This document shows, piece after piece, positions 19,442 through 29,101 of a stretch of DNA of 64,000 nucleotides; within the stretch, counting starts at the first letter, position 1, and each line of letters opens with the position of its first letter. The DNA is from Syntrophales bacterium. GTDB lineage: Bacteria; Desulfobacterota; Syntrophia; Syntrophales; UBA2210. The stretch is taken from positions 1,184,001 to 1,248,000 of the forward strand of contig CAXXKT010000001.1 of the NCBI GenBank assembly GCA_963662405.2, in the 5' to 3' direction. The notes under the pieces were generated by a model. It did no database searches and was not told where the DNA came from. It saw only the letters and a program-made list of their open reading frames with translations. Both the position numbers and the translations under genes were made by a program.

Positions 19442-19990
19442 CTATTTTGCTATTTTGAGCTCTTTGTAAGCTCGTTCCATCGCGTTTATGTTTTTCTGGG
19501 CTATTCTTCCAAACCTGTGTTTCAACGGCTCTTTCACCGATTCGATCTTGACTATCCCGGTCGCCTTGACGGCAGCTCCGATCATGGTGGTGTTGGTGAT
19601 CGGAACCCCCATTTCCTCCCGGGCGATTCGCGATGCGTCGACCGTGGCGACGGTGCCTGTGAATCCCGTCTCTTTTTTGATTTCTTCAGGGGGCTTGGCG
19701 GTGTTGACGACCATGGTACCGTCCGGCTTCAGGCCTTCGGCTACGTTCACCAACCCCATCAGACTCGAATCGAGAACGATGACGATGTCAGGCTCGTAGA
19801 TACCCGCTCTAACGCGTATCTTCTTGTCGTCGATGCGGTTAAACGCCGCCACGGGCGCCCCTCTTCTCTCAGGGCCGAAGCTTGGAAACCCCTGTGCATA
19901 CTGTCCTTCTCCGATAGCGGCCAGCGCAAGGGTCTCTACCGACGTGACCGCTCCCTGACCACCTCTTCCATGCCATCGTATCTCAATCAT
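19442..19990 (-). CDS. porC: 2-oxoacid:ferredoxin oxidoreductase gamma subunit
   Basis: EIRWHGRGGQGAVT and FGPERRGAPV motifs. Confidence 0.93.
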   Translation of the reverse strand: MIEIRWHGRGGQGAVTSVETLALAAIGEGQYAQGFPSFGPERRGAPVAAFNRIDDKKIRVRAGIYEPDIVIVLDSSLMGLVNVAEGLKPDGTMVVNTAKPPEEIKKETGFTGTVATVDASRIAREEMGVPITNTTMIGAAVKATGIVKIESVKEPLKHRFGRIAQKNINAMERAYKELKIAK

Positions 19991-20027
19991 GAGGAAAATC
20001 TCCCTTGTATGAATTCAGGAATCACGC

Positions 20028-20056
20028 ACTCTAAAAAATAAAATCTCATCTGTCAA
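20028..20056 (-). promoter_or_regulatory. Sigma70-type promoter of the por operon
   Basis: TTGACA-17 nt-TAGAGT on the minus strand. Confidence 0.7.
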
Positions 20057-20083
20057 CACCTCATTTACAAGAAAATGCATTTT

Positions 20084-20638
20084 TTATGCGGGGGTCACAC
20101 GCAGAACCTCTTCGTACAGGTCTCTTCCTGCGGCATCGTTGACGACAATCAGCGGAAAATCTTGTATCTCCAAGCGCATGATCGCCTCAGGGCCAAGGTC
20201 TTCGTAGGCAATCACCTCGGCCTTCGTGACACAGGCGGACATCAGGGCCGCGATTCCTCCCATGGCCCCGAAGTAGACACACCGGTTGCGGACGATGGCA
20301 TCCCTGACCCCGTTGTCCCGTTTTCCCTTTCCGATCATTCCCCGGAGCCCCGTCTCCATCAGCAGAGGGGCGTACGCGTCCATCCGGTAGCTGGTCGTCG
20401 GTCCGATGGAGCCGATGATCCGTCCCGGACGGGTCGGGGTGGGGGCCGCATAGAAGATCGTCTCGCCGTCGATGTTTACCGGGAGTTTCCCCCCCGCCTT
20501 GATGAGTTGCGCGAGTCTTTTATGCGCCATATCGCGACCGGTAATGATGCTCCCGCTCAGGAGGACCCGGTCGCCGACATGAAGACCTTCGCAGATCTCC
20601 GGGGTCAAGGGAGTATGCATTCTTCGTGGATGTTCCAT
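20084..20638 (-). CDS. Class I Fe-S fumarate hydratase beta subunit
   Basis: TGRDMAHKRL, GPTTSYRMD, MIGKG and YEDLGPEAI motifs. Confidence 0.92.
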   Translation of the reverse strand: MEHPRRMHTPLTPEICEGLHVGDRVLLSGSIITGRDMAHKRLAQLIKAGGKLPVNIDGETIFYAAPTPTRPGRIIGSIGPTTSYRMDAYAPLLMETGLRGMIGKGKRDNGVRDAIVRNRCVYFGAMGGIAALMSACVTKAEVIAYEDLGPEAIMRLEIQDFPLIVVNDAAGRDLYEEVLRVTPA

Positions 20639-20641
20639 GAC

Positions 20642-21493
20642 TCAGATGGTCGCCTCTCTGTGACGCGCCACGTGGCACTGGATGTTGACCGTCACCGGGA
20701 GGCTTGCGATATGGCAAGGTATCATCTCCACGTGGACGGCGAGTGCGGTGATCCTCCCGCCGTACCCCTGAGGTCCAATGCCGAGGGCGTTGATGTCTTG
20801 GAGCGTATCCCGTTCAAGTTGTGACAACCGGGGATCCGATCCGTTCGGCTCCCCGACGGGGCGCGCAAGGGCCTTTTTTGCGAGGAGACCCGACTTTTCG
20901 ATTGATCCCCCGATTCCCACCCCGACGATCGTCGGAGGGCAGGGATTAGGGCCGGCCTTTTTCACCAGCTCAACGATGTGTTCCCTGATCCCTTCCAGAC
21001 CCGTCGACGGAAGCAGCATGTTGGAACTACTCATGTTCTCGCTCCCCCCCCCCTTCGGCAGGGCGATGATACGGATCGCGTCCCCGGGAACGATCTCTGC
21101 ATGGATGACCGCGGGGGTATTGTCTCCGGTATTCGCACGCGTGATCGGGTCGCAGACGGACTTCCGCAGGAACCCGTCCCGGTAAGCCCTCCTGACTCCT
21201 TCCTGGATCGACTCTGTGAAGTCCCCTCCGATTACATGCACATCCTGCCCGATCTCTACAAAAAGGACGGCAAGACCGGTGTCCTGACAGAGAGGAAGCT
21301 TTTCGCTCTTCGCGATATGGGCGTTCTCGATTATTTTCCCCAGGGCGTCTTTTCCAAGAGGGGTATCTTCTCCTTGGAATGCCGTGTCGATAGCGGCCAG
21401 GACATCCTTCCCGAGATCGGTGCTTGCCTCAATGAAAAGATCCCGGACCGTATCGGTAATCATGCCGCAGGGTATCTCTCTGATAGTCTCCAT
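20642..21493 (-). CDS. Class I Fe-S fumarate hydratase alpha subunit
   Basis: PLCQDTG, PKGGGSEN, NPCPP, GPQGYGG and HIASLPV motifs. Confidence 0.92.
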   Translation of the reverse strand: METIREIPCGMITDTVRDLFIEASTDLGKDVLAAIDTAFQGEDTPLGKDALGKIIENAHIAKSEKLPLCQDTGLAVLFVEIGQDVHVIGGDFTESIQEGVRRAYRDGFLRKSVCDPITRANTGDNTPAVIHAEIVPGDAIRIIALPKGGGSENMSSSNMLLPSTGLEGIREHIVELVKKAGPNPCPPTIVGVGIGGSIEKSGLLAKKALARPVGEPNGSDPRLSQLERDTLQDINALGIGPQGYGGRITALAVHVEMIPCHIASLPVTVNIQCHVARHREATI

Positions 21494-21502
21494 ATGGTGG
21501 TC

Positions 21503-22102
21503 TCACATCCCCCGGCGGCATTCGATTGCCTTCGTCATGGTCATCCGATCGACGTATTTCAGGTCGCCCCCGATGGGGACCCCGAAGGCGATCCTGGTGA
21601 TGGATACCCCTGTTCCCTGGAGGAGTTTGGTGACGAGGAGGGCGGTCGATTCCCCTTGGACACTGGGATTGGTGGCCAGAATTACTTCCCTGACGCTGTT
21701 CGCGGCCACCCGTTCCACCAGTTCGCGGAGGCGGAGGGATTCGGGACCGATCCCGTCGGCGGGTGCGAGAACCCCATGCAGGACATGATAGGTACCCCTG
21801 AAACTCCCGCTCTCTTCTATGGCGACGAGGGAGTCCGGGTCCTCAACCACACAGATGACCTCCCGGTCCCTCGTGGGATCGCCGCATATCTCGCAGAGAT
21901 CACCCTCCGTCAGGTTGAAACAGACGGAGCAGAAACGAATCTTCCGCTTGACCTCCATGATACTCTCCGCAAGCCTTGCCGCATCCTGCTCGGAGGTGTA
22001 CAGTATGAATGTCGCCAACCGTGTGGCGGTCTTTTCTCCGATCCCGGGGAACCGAGACAGTTCCTGTATGAGACGCCGGATTGGGGCCGCGTAACCTGTC
22101 AT
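21503..22102 (-). CDS. recR: Recombination mediator RecR
   Basis: [12 protein letters not shown]4 zinc finger, YHVLHG and EVILATNP motifs. Confidence 0.97.
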   Translation of the reverse strand: MTGYAAPIRRLIQELSRFPGIGEKTATRLATFILYTSEQDAARLAESIMEVKRKIRFCSVCFNLTEGDLCEICGDPTRDREVICVVEDPDSLVAIEESGSFRGTYHVLHGVLAPADGIGPESLRLRELVERVAANSVREVILATNPSVQGESTALLVTKLLQGTGVSITRIAFGVPIGGDLKYVDRMTMTKAIECRRGM

Positions 22103-22168
22103 TCTTGTAACCCTTTCACAACCAATGTCTTTTGAACCTTACGCATGGTACTGCGAACCGGCACCCGC

Positions 22169-22483
22169 TTATGTCAGGCCGGGGATATTGAGCCCGCCGG
22201 TGATTTTTGACATCTCTTCCTGTGCCATCTCCTGGGCCTTGCGCACCCCTTCATTCACGGCTGCTACGACAAGATCCTGCAGCATCTCGATATCCTCCGG
22301 GTCGACCACTTCTTTTTCGATCTTCAGCGATATCAATTCATGCTTTCCGTTGACGACGGCGGTTACCATTCCGCCACCGGAAGCTGCTTCCACTGTTTTT
22401 TCTTCCAGCTCTTCCTGCATGCGCATCATCTTCGCCTGCATCTTCTGGGCCTGTTTCATCAGCTTTCCCATATCATGTGCCAC
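22169..22483 (-). CDS. ybaB: YbaB/EbfC nucleoid-associated protein
   Basis: MKQAQKMQ, SGGGMV and EMLQDLVVAAVN motifs; lies between dnaX and recR. Confidence 0.95.
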   Translation of the reverse strand: MAHDMGKLMKQAQKMQAKMMRMQEELEEKTVEAASGGGMVTAVVNGKHELISLKIEKEVVDPEDIEMLQDLVVAAVNEGVRKAQEMAQEEMSKITGGLNIPGLT

Positions 22484-24119
22484 TGTTATTGCCTCCTTGA
22501 TCCTTGATCCTCACATCCACGATCTGGGCCCCCTGAAAAACATCCATCACCTTTTGCACGAGCGGATGTCTGAGTGCCTCATTTTTGATCTCGTTTACGC
22601 TGTTCCTGCTTGTTGATGCCGCGGTACCGGAGGATGTCTGCTCCAACACCTCGATCTCCACGGCGGTGTCTCTCCCGAAACACTCTCCCGCCATTCGCGA
22701 TAAAAGCTCCATCTGCGCCGTGCTTTTAATATGGTCCAGAAAGAGATATTCCTTCGGGAACCCTACCGTCAGGCGGTCATTTTCATGCCGCAGAAAGGTC
22801 CCATTATCTATCTTGGAGCTGAGAGGCGCATGTTTCTCTCGGATGAATTCCTTGAGAGTCTGCCATGGATCGGAGATCTTGGCTTCCTCGTACCTTTGAT
22901 GGGGAGGAGAAACCGCCGGTTGGTTTTCCCCGGCGGGACGTGTCGGGGCGGCAACCGATGGCCCGCAACCTCCCACGAGCCTTTGCTCCAGTCCTTCCAT
23001 GCGGGCGATGATCTCGTCGATGGGAATCAAGGGTTCGAGATACGCCATCTTCACCACGGCGTATTCCAGGTTGATACGCGGTTGTGTGCTCCGGTGGATA
23101 TCGTTTTCCTCCGCCATCAAAATATCCAGAAGACGCTGGAGTGTGATCTCGGATGCCTTGTCGGCCAGGGCTTTCAGGCTATCCACCTCGTGATCCGGGA
23201 GGTCGGCAAGGAGCCCCGTGCCGTCCGTGACCTTTACGGTCAGCAGGTTCATGAACTGACCGAGGAGCAACTGGTAAAAATGTTCCACATCCGCGCCGGA
23301 ATAGTAAGCGTTATCGATTATTTTCAGGCAGGTACCCGCATCCCGGGCGAGGATGGCGTCGGAAAGTTCGCATACCAGGTGCCGGTCTCCCAGGTCGAGG
23401 AGTTCTTCCACGTCGGTATCTTTGATTTGCATACCGGCGTACGAGATGACCTGATCGAAGATACTCTGCGCATCCCGGAGACTCCCCTGTCCCTCGCGCG
23501 AGATCCAGGAGAGGGCGGCATCGCTGATCTCGATCCCCTCTTCCCGTGCGATATGCCCGAGGTTGTCCGCTATCTGTCTGACGGATATCCTCTTGAAATC
23601 GAAGTGCTGGCACCGCGAGAGGATCGTGGCGGGGACCTTGTGAATCTCCGTCGTGGCGAAGACAAAAACGACGTGCGCCGGCGGCTCTTCCAGTGTCTTG
23701 AGGAGGGCGTTGAAGGCGGGCTGGGTCAGCATATGGACTTCGTCGATGATATAGACCTTGTACCGTGACGAAACCGGCGAGAAACGAATGTTCTCACGCA
23801 ATTCACGAATCTCGTCGATCCCCCTGTTAGATGCCCCGTCAATCTCGCGTACATCGAGGGACGAGCCCTCCGTAATCTCCGAGCAGTGTGTGCACTGGTT
23901 GCAGGGGGTTTCCGTCGGCCCTTGGGCGCAGTTGATGGCCTTGGCGAGAATGCGGGCCACGGAGGTTTTCCCCGTTCCCCGGGGACCACTGAAGATATAG
24001 GCGTGGGCAATACGATCGAGTCTGACGGCGTTTTGGAGTGTCTTGACGACGTGATCCTGCCCGACAACATCCTCAAATACCTGAGGCCTCCATTTCCGTG
24101 CCAGGACAAGATATTCCAT
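22473..24119 (-). CDS. dnaX: DNA polymerase III subunit gamma/tau
   Basis: YLVLARKWRPQ, GPRGTGKT, IIDEVHML, NALLKTLEEPP and TILSRC motifs. Confidence 0.97.
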   Translation of the reverse strand: MEYLVLARKWRPQVFEDVVGQDHVVKTLQNAVRLDRIAHAYIFSGPRGTGKTSVARILAKAINCAQGPTETPCNQCTHCSEITEGSSLDVREIDGASNRGIDEIRELRENIRFSPVSSRYKVYIIDEVHMLTQPAFNALLKTLEEPPAHVVFVFATTEIHKVPATILSRCQHFDFKRISVRQIADNLGHIAREEGIEISDAALSWISREGQGSLRDAQSIFDQVISYAGMQIKDTDVEELLDLGDRHLVCELSDAILARDAGTCLKIIDNAYYSGADVEHFYQLLLGQFMNLLTVKVTDGTGLLADLPDHEVDSLKALADKASEITLQRLLDILMAEENDIHRSTQPRINLEYAVVKMAYLEPLIPIDEIIARMEGLEQRLVGGCGPSVAAPTRPAGENQPAVSPPHQRYEEAKISDPWQTLKEFIREKHAPLSSKIDNGTFLRHENDRLTVGFPKEYLFLDHIKSTAQMELLSRMAGECFGRDTAVEIEVLEQTSSGTAASTSRNSVNEIKNEALRHPLVQKVMDVFQGAQIVDVRIKDQGGNNSGT

Positions 24120-24165
24120 TCGATATTCCTGTCTGAAGCGGTGACAAATACACCCACATCAAAGC

Positions 24166-24268
24166 TGACAGCCGGGGAAACCCGCAGCAAACGTCGATGT
24201 TGCTACCGCTGCTTCCTTCCGGACCTGACGGGGTTCGCAACCCGTCGTTCCACGGGACCCGGCTGTCA
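24166..24268 (-). ncRNA. ffs: SRP RNA (4.5S)
   Basis: TCAGGTCCGGAAGGAAGCAGC core inside a long hairpin closed by TGACAGCCGGG/CCCGGCTGTCA; upstream of dnaX. Confidence 0.95.
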
Positions 24269-24288
24269 TGACGGTAATGCGAAAATAA

Positions 24289-24382
<94 letters not shown>

Positions 24383-24397
24383 ACGTAGGCAATATAT

Positions 24398-24494
<97 letters not shown>

Positions 24495-24535
24495 GCGTAC
24501 GGCACACCAGATGTGCGTTCCTATTGAATTCGCCC

Positions 24536-24985
24536 TCATATCCTTTTTTCGCGGAAAAATCTACCCAAAATTTCACCGCACCGTTCTTTCATGACCCCTC
24601 CCGTTGTGGAAACGGAATGGTTCAGCTTCTTGTCGTCGAGGATTCCGTAGAGTGACAGGGCTCCCCCCTTGATATCCGCGGCGCCGAAGACGAGATGTTC
24701 TATCCGCGCCTGTACGATTGCCCCCGCGCACATGACGCAGGGCTCAATCGTGACATAGATGGTTGTCCCGGTGAGCCGGTAGTTTTTCCTGATCATTGCG
24801 GCCTTTCGAATGGCGAGAATCTCCGCGTGGGCCGTCGGGTCCTGCATCAGGATGGGGGCATTATGAGCCTTGGCGAGAACCTTACCGTTCAGGGTGATTA
24901 CCGCACCCACAGGGACCTCCCCCCGCGCTCGGGCGGCCTCGGCCTCGGCCAAGGCCATCTTCATGAAATATTCATCGGTTTGCAT
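24536..24985 (-). CDS. tadA: tRNA adenosine(34) deaminase
   Basis: GEVPVGAV, DPTAHAE and EPCVMCAGA motifs. Confidence 0.96.
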   Translation of the reverse strand: MQTDEYFMKMALAEAEAARARGEVPVGAVITLNGKVLAKAHNAPILMQDPTAHAEILAIRKAAMIRKNYRLTGTTIYVTIEPCVMCAGAIVQARIEHLVFGAADIKGGALSLYGILDDKKLNHSVSTTGGVMKERCGEILGRFFREKRI

Positions 24986-25081
24986 ATGAAAATCATATCA
25001 CAGTGAACAGGAAAAGACCATTTCCGGATGGACAACGAGTGGCAAAGTACCGTATAGAGGATAGTCGGAGTCGTGACCGAT

Positions 25082-25639
25082 ATGACCACACAGAAAATTT
25101 TTCTGACGACCATAGTCCTCTCGCTGTTGGCCCATATCATCCTCCTGACCCTCGTGGGGCTCATCGGAGGCAGTCGAGGCATGAATAGGGGCGAGGATGT
25201 CTTTACCGTTACCCTCGAAAAAAGTCCGGATAAGATCATTGAGAACGGCAGCGAGCAGAATCAAAGCGCTGGCGGTCCATTGGAGGATATCCGCTCCCGG
25301 GTCAGGGGAGATTCTGTTGATACGGTCGACCTGGACAGCACGGACACAAAATATTATCCCTACCTTGTTCACATCAAGGAACGGATCGACCGGCAGTGGC
25401 AATACCCCGACGATGCCTTTACCCGCGGCGAGGTGGGAACCACGGTGGTCCAGTTCGCGATCGAACAGGCGGGGACCCTCGCCGAGTGTCGTATGGTTGC
25501 CTCATCGGGTTTTCAATCCCTCGATGCGGAATCGGCGCGCGCCGTCCGATCGGCCGCACCGTTCGATCCGTTCTCCGAGGAATTCGGACTGGTCCGGCTC
25601 AACATCGTGGCAAAGTTCAGCTATACTCTTGCGGAGTGA
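25082..25639 (+). CDS. TonB C-terminal domain protein with N-terminal membrane anchor
   Basis: SLLAH transmembrane motif, W.YP..A...GE.G, SSG..SLD and AAPFDP; start could be GTG at 25073. Confidence 0.85.
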   Translation: MTTQKIFLTTIVLSLLAHIILLTLVGLIGGSRGMNRGEDVFTVTLEKSPDKIIENGSEQNQSAGGPLEDIRSRVRGDSVDTVDLDSTDTKYYPYLVHIKERIDRQWQYPDDAFTRGEVGTTVVQFAIEQAGTLAECRMVASSGFQSLDAESARAVRSAAPFDPFSEEFGLVRLNIVAKFSYTLAE

Positions 25640-25675
25640 TGCCGAAAGACCCTGGAAGGGAAACAGATTGTATCC

Positions 25676-26902
25676 ATGACCAACGAACGAAAAATCATCC
25701 TTTTTACCTGCGTCGCCCATTTCTTCACACATTTCTACGAGATGATATTCCCGGCGCTGGCAATCCCTCTTATGCTTTCGCTGCAGATAGACCTTGCCGA
25801 GGTGCTGAAATTGAGCTTTCTCATGTACCTCCTGTACGGCCTGACCGCCCTCCCCTGGGGAATGGTCGCGGACCGGTTCAACAACCGATCCGCCCTGATC
25901 ATCTTCTTCATGGGGACGAGCCTCGGGGCCCTCCTGACCGCTCTCTCGGATACCTCCACGTCACTGATGCTTTCCCTTGCCGTGATCGGGTTTTTCGCCA
26001 GCATCTACCACCCGGCGGGGATGGGGCTGATATCGCTCGGGATCAGGAACCGGGGGATGGCACTCGGGATCAACGGTGTAGCGGGCAACCTGGGGCTGAT
26101 CAGCGCCCCTTTCGCGGCCGGCATCCTGAACTGGCTGGTCGGGTGGGAGGTCACCTATCTGATCATCGGGGGAGCGGGGGTCATCTGGGGGGCCATCCTG
26201 TTCCTGGTGGATATCGACGAGACGCCGGTCCATGCGGATCAGGAGAACCATTCCTCGACTTCCGGGGGCGCCAACAATCATATGCAATATTTCGTGGTTC
26301 TGTGCGTTGCCATGACGATTGCCGGGCTGGTCTACCGGGGAAACAGTATTGTCCTTCCGGCCTATCTCGAACTCAAGGCATCCTTCCTCTGGGATATCTT
26401 CAGGGGATTAGAGCTTCCCAATCTGGCCGGGGCGAAGACGGTGGCCGCGACGCTCCTGGCCTCAACCATCTACTGTATCGGTATCCTGGGGCAGATCCTC
26501 GGGGGAAGGGTCGCGGACCGGTACGACCTGCGCTGGATGTATCTGGGGTTCCATGTCTGCAGTCTTCCCTTTATCGTCCTGATGGGTCTGGTCGACCAGC
26601 AACTCCTCGTCATATCTGCGGGGCTCTACATCCTCTTCTCTCTCGGGATGCAGCCCATCGAAAACAGCCTCGTGGCGAAGTACACCCCGAACCGATGGCG
26701 GAGTACCGGGTACGGGATCAAGTTCATCCTGACCTTCGGAATCGGGGCACTCGCCGTCTATCTGGTAGGGTGGATCAAGGAGATGTGGGACCTCGCGACG
26801 GTGTACCTCGTGGGCGGCGGGCTCGTCTTCCTCCTTCTTATGACCATTGTCCTCTTGATCTGGGTATCACGCGGGACCACCTGCCGGAACAGGGAAGAGT
26901 GA
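25676..26902 (+). CDS. MFS transporter
   Basis: About 12 hydrophobic segments; WGMVADRF and GGRVADRY MFS motifs; SIYHPAG. Confidence 0.92.
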   Translation: MTNERKIILFTCVAHFFTHFYEMIFPALAIPLMLSLQIDLAEVLKLSFLMYLLYGLTALPWGMVADRFNNRSALIIFFMGTSLGALLTALSDTSTSLMLSLAVIGFFASIYHPAGMGLISLGIRNRGMALGINGVAGNLGLISAPFAAGILNWLVGWEVTYLIIGGAGVIWGAILFLVDIDETPVHADQENHSSTSGGANNHMQYFVVLCVAMTIAGLVYRGNSIVLPAYLELKASFLWDIFRGLELPNLAGAKTVAATLLASTIYCIGILGQILGGRVADRYDLRWMYLGFHVCSLPFIVLMGLVDQQLLVISAGLYILFSLGMQPIENSLVAKYTPNRWRSTGYGIKFILTFGIGALAVYLVGWIKEMWDLATVYLVGGGLVFLLLMTIVLLIWVSRGTTCRNREE

Positions 26903-26906
26903 TGCA

Positions 26907-29039
26907 CTATCGGGGGCGGATTTCGTAGTCGGCCGTCACGACAATATCGGCTTTTCCCTTCATTCCCTGGATGACGCCGTGCTCGATCTCCAGGACCGTT
27001 TGAATAAAGGTGAAGTCCTGATCCGGGTCGCGGGCGAGGTTTCTCTCCCTCACCGCGGTGATCCTCTCGCGGTAATCCGATTCGAGAAAGACCTTCAGGG
27101 TTGCATTTTCGAGGGTCAGACCGTAGGTCAGATCGACCAGGACAACATCCGCCCCGGCCAGGGATACGGGAACGCGTGGGTAGCGTCTCGATCCGAGACG
27201 GCGGCAGTCGGACGGGACAAAGACTTCTTTAGTATCACGGTCTGCCGCTTTTCCCAGGACGGCATCAAGCCGCTCCAGGTCCACCTCCCCCGGCCCGAGG
27301 TACTCTTCCAGGGTCCCCCGCGCGTAGGCATCGAGACGCGCCTGGTGATTTTCCTCCGGCGCCAGCCGGAAAAAGGCATCCCCCGCGATCGTGACCCCCC
27401 TGAGCTTTTCACCCCTGATGAGGTATCGCAGATACTCGGCCACCTCGGTCTTTCCCGCCCCCGATTCGCCGCTCAAGACAATGATCGCCCTCTTCTTCGC
27501 CCGTTTCGCCGTTTTCGCCTGTTCAACAATATGCGGGAGGAGACCGCCCCCCGCCTTTTGATGTTGCACGTTGACCATCGGGGGGTCTCCCCGCCAGGTG
27601 AAGGCGGTCCGGTGGTAGGCCCTTTCCCGCCCCCGGACCCTTGCTGTGCAGAGGGAATCGAGGACCTCCGCCTGGCGCTCGGCGATGGCCCGCCACCGGA
27701 AGGTGTCTCGGGCGAGCTGATGGCCGTGGGAAGCGATTTGGTCCAGGGTTCCCGTCTCTTTCACGGCGTCGATCAGCTTCCGGGCGGCGCCCCGGGGATC
27801 TCCCGGATCGACGATGAGGGTGTCACGACCGTCCCGCATCCATTTCGTGATCCCCGCCTCCCGGGAGATAACGACGGGGGCACCGGTCGCCATGCTCTCC
27901 GCGACCCCCATCCCGAAGGGTTCCACAAACTGCATGCCGATATAAGCGCGGCAGTGATGGGCCAGGGTCGCCAGGACCTGCCAGGGCTGGCTGGGGAGCC
28001 TCACAACATCGGCGGCGGATAGTTGGTATTCGCTCATTACCCGGGCGATCTCTTTTTCGACGGACACCTCCTCGGGGAGGGGACGGTCGGGGGACCCCCC
28101 GACGAGAACCAGTTTCATCGCTCCCATCAGGGCAGGGTCGATCCCGCGTGCCTCGCCGAAGAACCGCACCACGCCGGGGACATTCTTTGCCTCGGAGAAG
28201 CGCCCGAAGTAGAGGAAATAGTGTCCTGCGGTCAGGTTGTACCCATCGAGCGCCTCAGGGTGAGGTTCCCGGTCGATTGCGAAGAAGGGGGTCCCGGCCC
28301 CCGCCGGCATCACGGCGTGGGGGAAGGCGGCCCCGTAGTATTCCTTCAGGATATCTGGTTCCTGGAGGGTGTTGGCGATCTCGAAATCGGCCCCCCGGAG
28401 GGCGGCCAGTTCGCAATCTTCCCGGATCCGGAAGTTGTACTGTTCGTCGAACCAGACGGCGGGATCGTCCGGGTCCAGCCCGAGGGAACGGACCTTGTTG
28501 ATCCCCAGTGAATGGGGAATCACCGTCACCGGTACCCCCAGCCGTTCTCCCACTTCCAGGGCGCCGACCATCCCGTCCGCATAGTGCCCCATCACGGCGT
28601 GGGCCCCGAAGAGGGCCGCCACGGCGACCGTACTTTCCGCCATCGGGGGGATGAGGGGATAGATCTCCTCCTTGCGCACGAACTCGCTTCCCCCCGCCCG
28701 GATGCGGATCAGCCAGAGGTTCCTGGCGAATTGCTCCACCCGGGGGTACGGGTCGAAGTGCCGCGCCACGATGATCACCTTCCGTCCCTGCCGCGCCCAT
28801 GCCTTCGATACCTCGAGGACATAGTAGGTCTGCCCCCCCGTGTCGGGGACACCGGCGGGGGGCGGGTCCCCCCAGTAGCCGTGGGTCGAGACCATGACGA
28901 TTCGCCCGGCATGTCCGGTCTTCCGTGCCCTGAGAGAGACGGGAATTCCGTGTTCGTCAAACAGGGTGCGGTATTCCCGCAGGAGTTCCCCGGTCAGGTC
29001 ATATCTGTTTCCCAGGAACTCAATACGCCGATCGCTCAT
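26907..29039 (-). CDS. GT4 sugar-phosphate-synthase-like glycosyltransferase fused to a C-terminal P-loop (uridine-kinase-like) domain
   Basis: STHGY...DTGGQTYYVLE, GHYADG, PHSLG, GRFSEAKN and EPFGM, then SGESGAGKTE; AAGGAG RBS before ATG at 29039. Confidence 0.85.
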   Translation of the reverse strand: MSDRRIEFLGNRYDLTGELLREYRTLFDEHGIPVSLRARKTGHAGRIVMVSTHGYWGDPPPAGVPDTGGQTYYVLEVSKAWARQGRKVIIVARHFDPYPRVEQFARNLWLIRIRAGGSEFVRKEEIYPLIPPMAESTVAVAALFGAHAVMGHYADGMVGALEVGERLGVPVTVIPHSLGINKVRSLGLDPDDPAVWFDEQYNFRIREDCELAALRGADFEIANTLQEPDILKEYYGAAFPHAVMPAGAGTPFFAIDREPHPEALDGYNLTAGHYFLYFGRFSEAKNVPGVVRFFGEARGIDPALMGAMKLVLVGGSPDRPLPEEVSVEKEIARVMSEYQLSAADVVRLPSQPWQVLATLAHHCRAYIGMQFVEPFGMGVAESMATGAPVVISREAGITKWMRDGRDTLIVDPGDPRGAARKLIDAVKETGTLDQIASHGHQLARDTFRWRAIAERQAEVLDSLCTARVRGRERAYHRTAFTWRGDPPMVNVQHQKAGGGLLPHIVEQAKTAKRAKKRAIIVLSGESGAGKTEVAEYLRYLIRGEKLRGVTIAGDAFFRLAPEENHQARLDAYARGTLEEYLGPGEVDLERLDAVLGKAADRDTKEVFVPSDCRRLGSRRYPRVPVSLAGADVVLVDLTYGLTLENATLKVFLESDYRERITAVRERNLARDPDQDFTFIQTVLEIEHGVIQGMKGKADIVVTADYEIRPR

Positions 29040-29101
29040 ATACCGTTTCTCCTTATCGTGCGTGGTAACCGCCTCTTCTCGTCGCATGCCCCCTATAGTG
29101 G

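Noticed and set aside
25396..26928. 510-aa alternative-frame ORF over the TonB and MFS genes
   Set aside because: R/P/G-rich off-frame read of genuine GC-rich genes.
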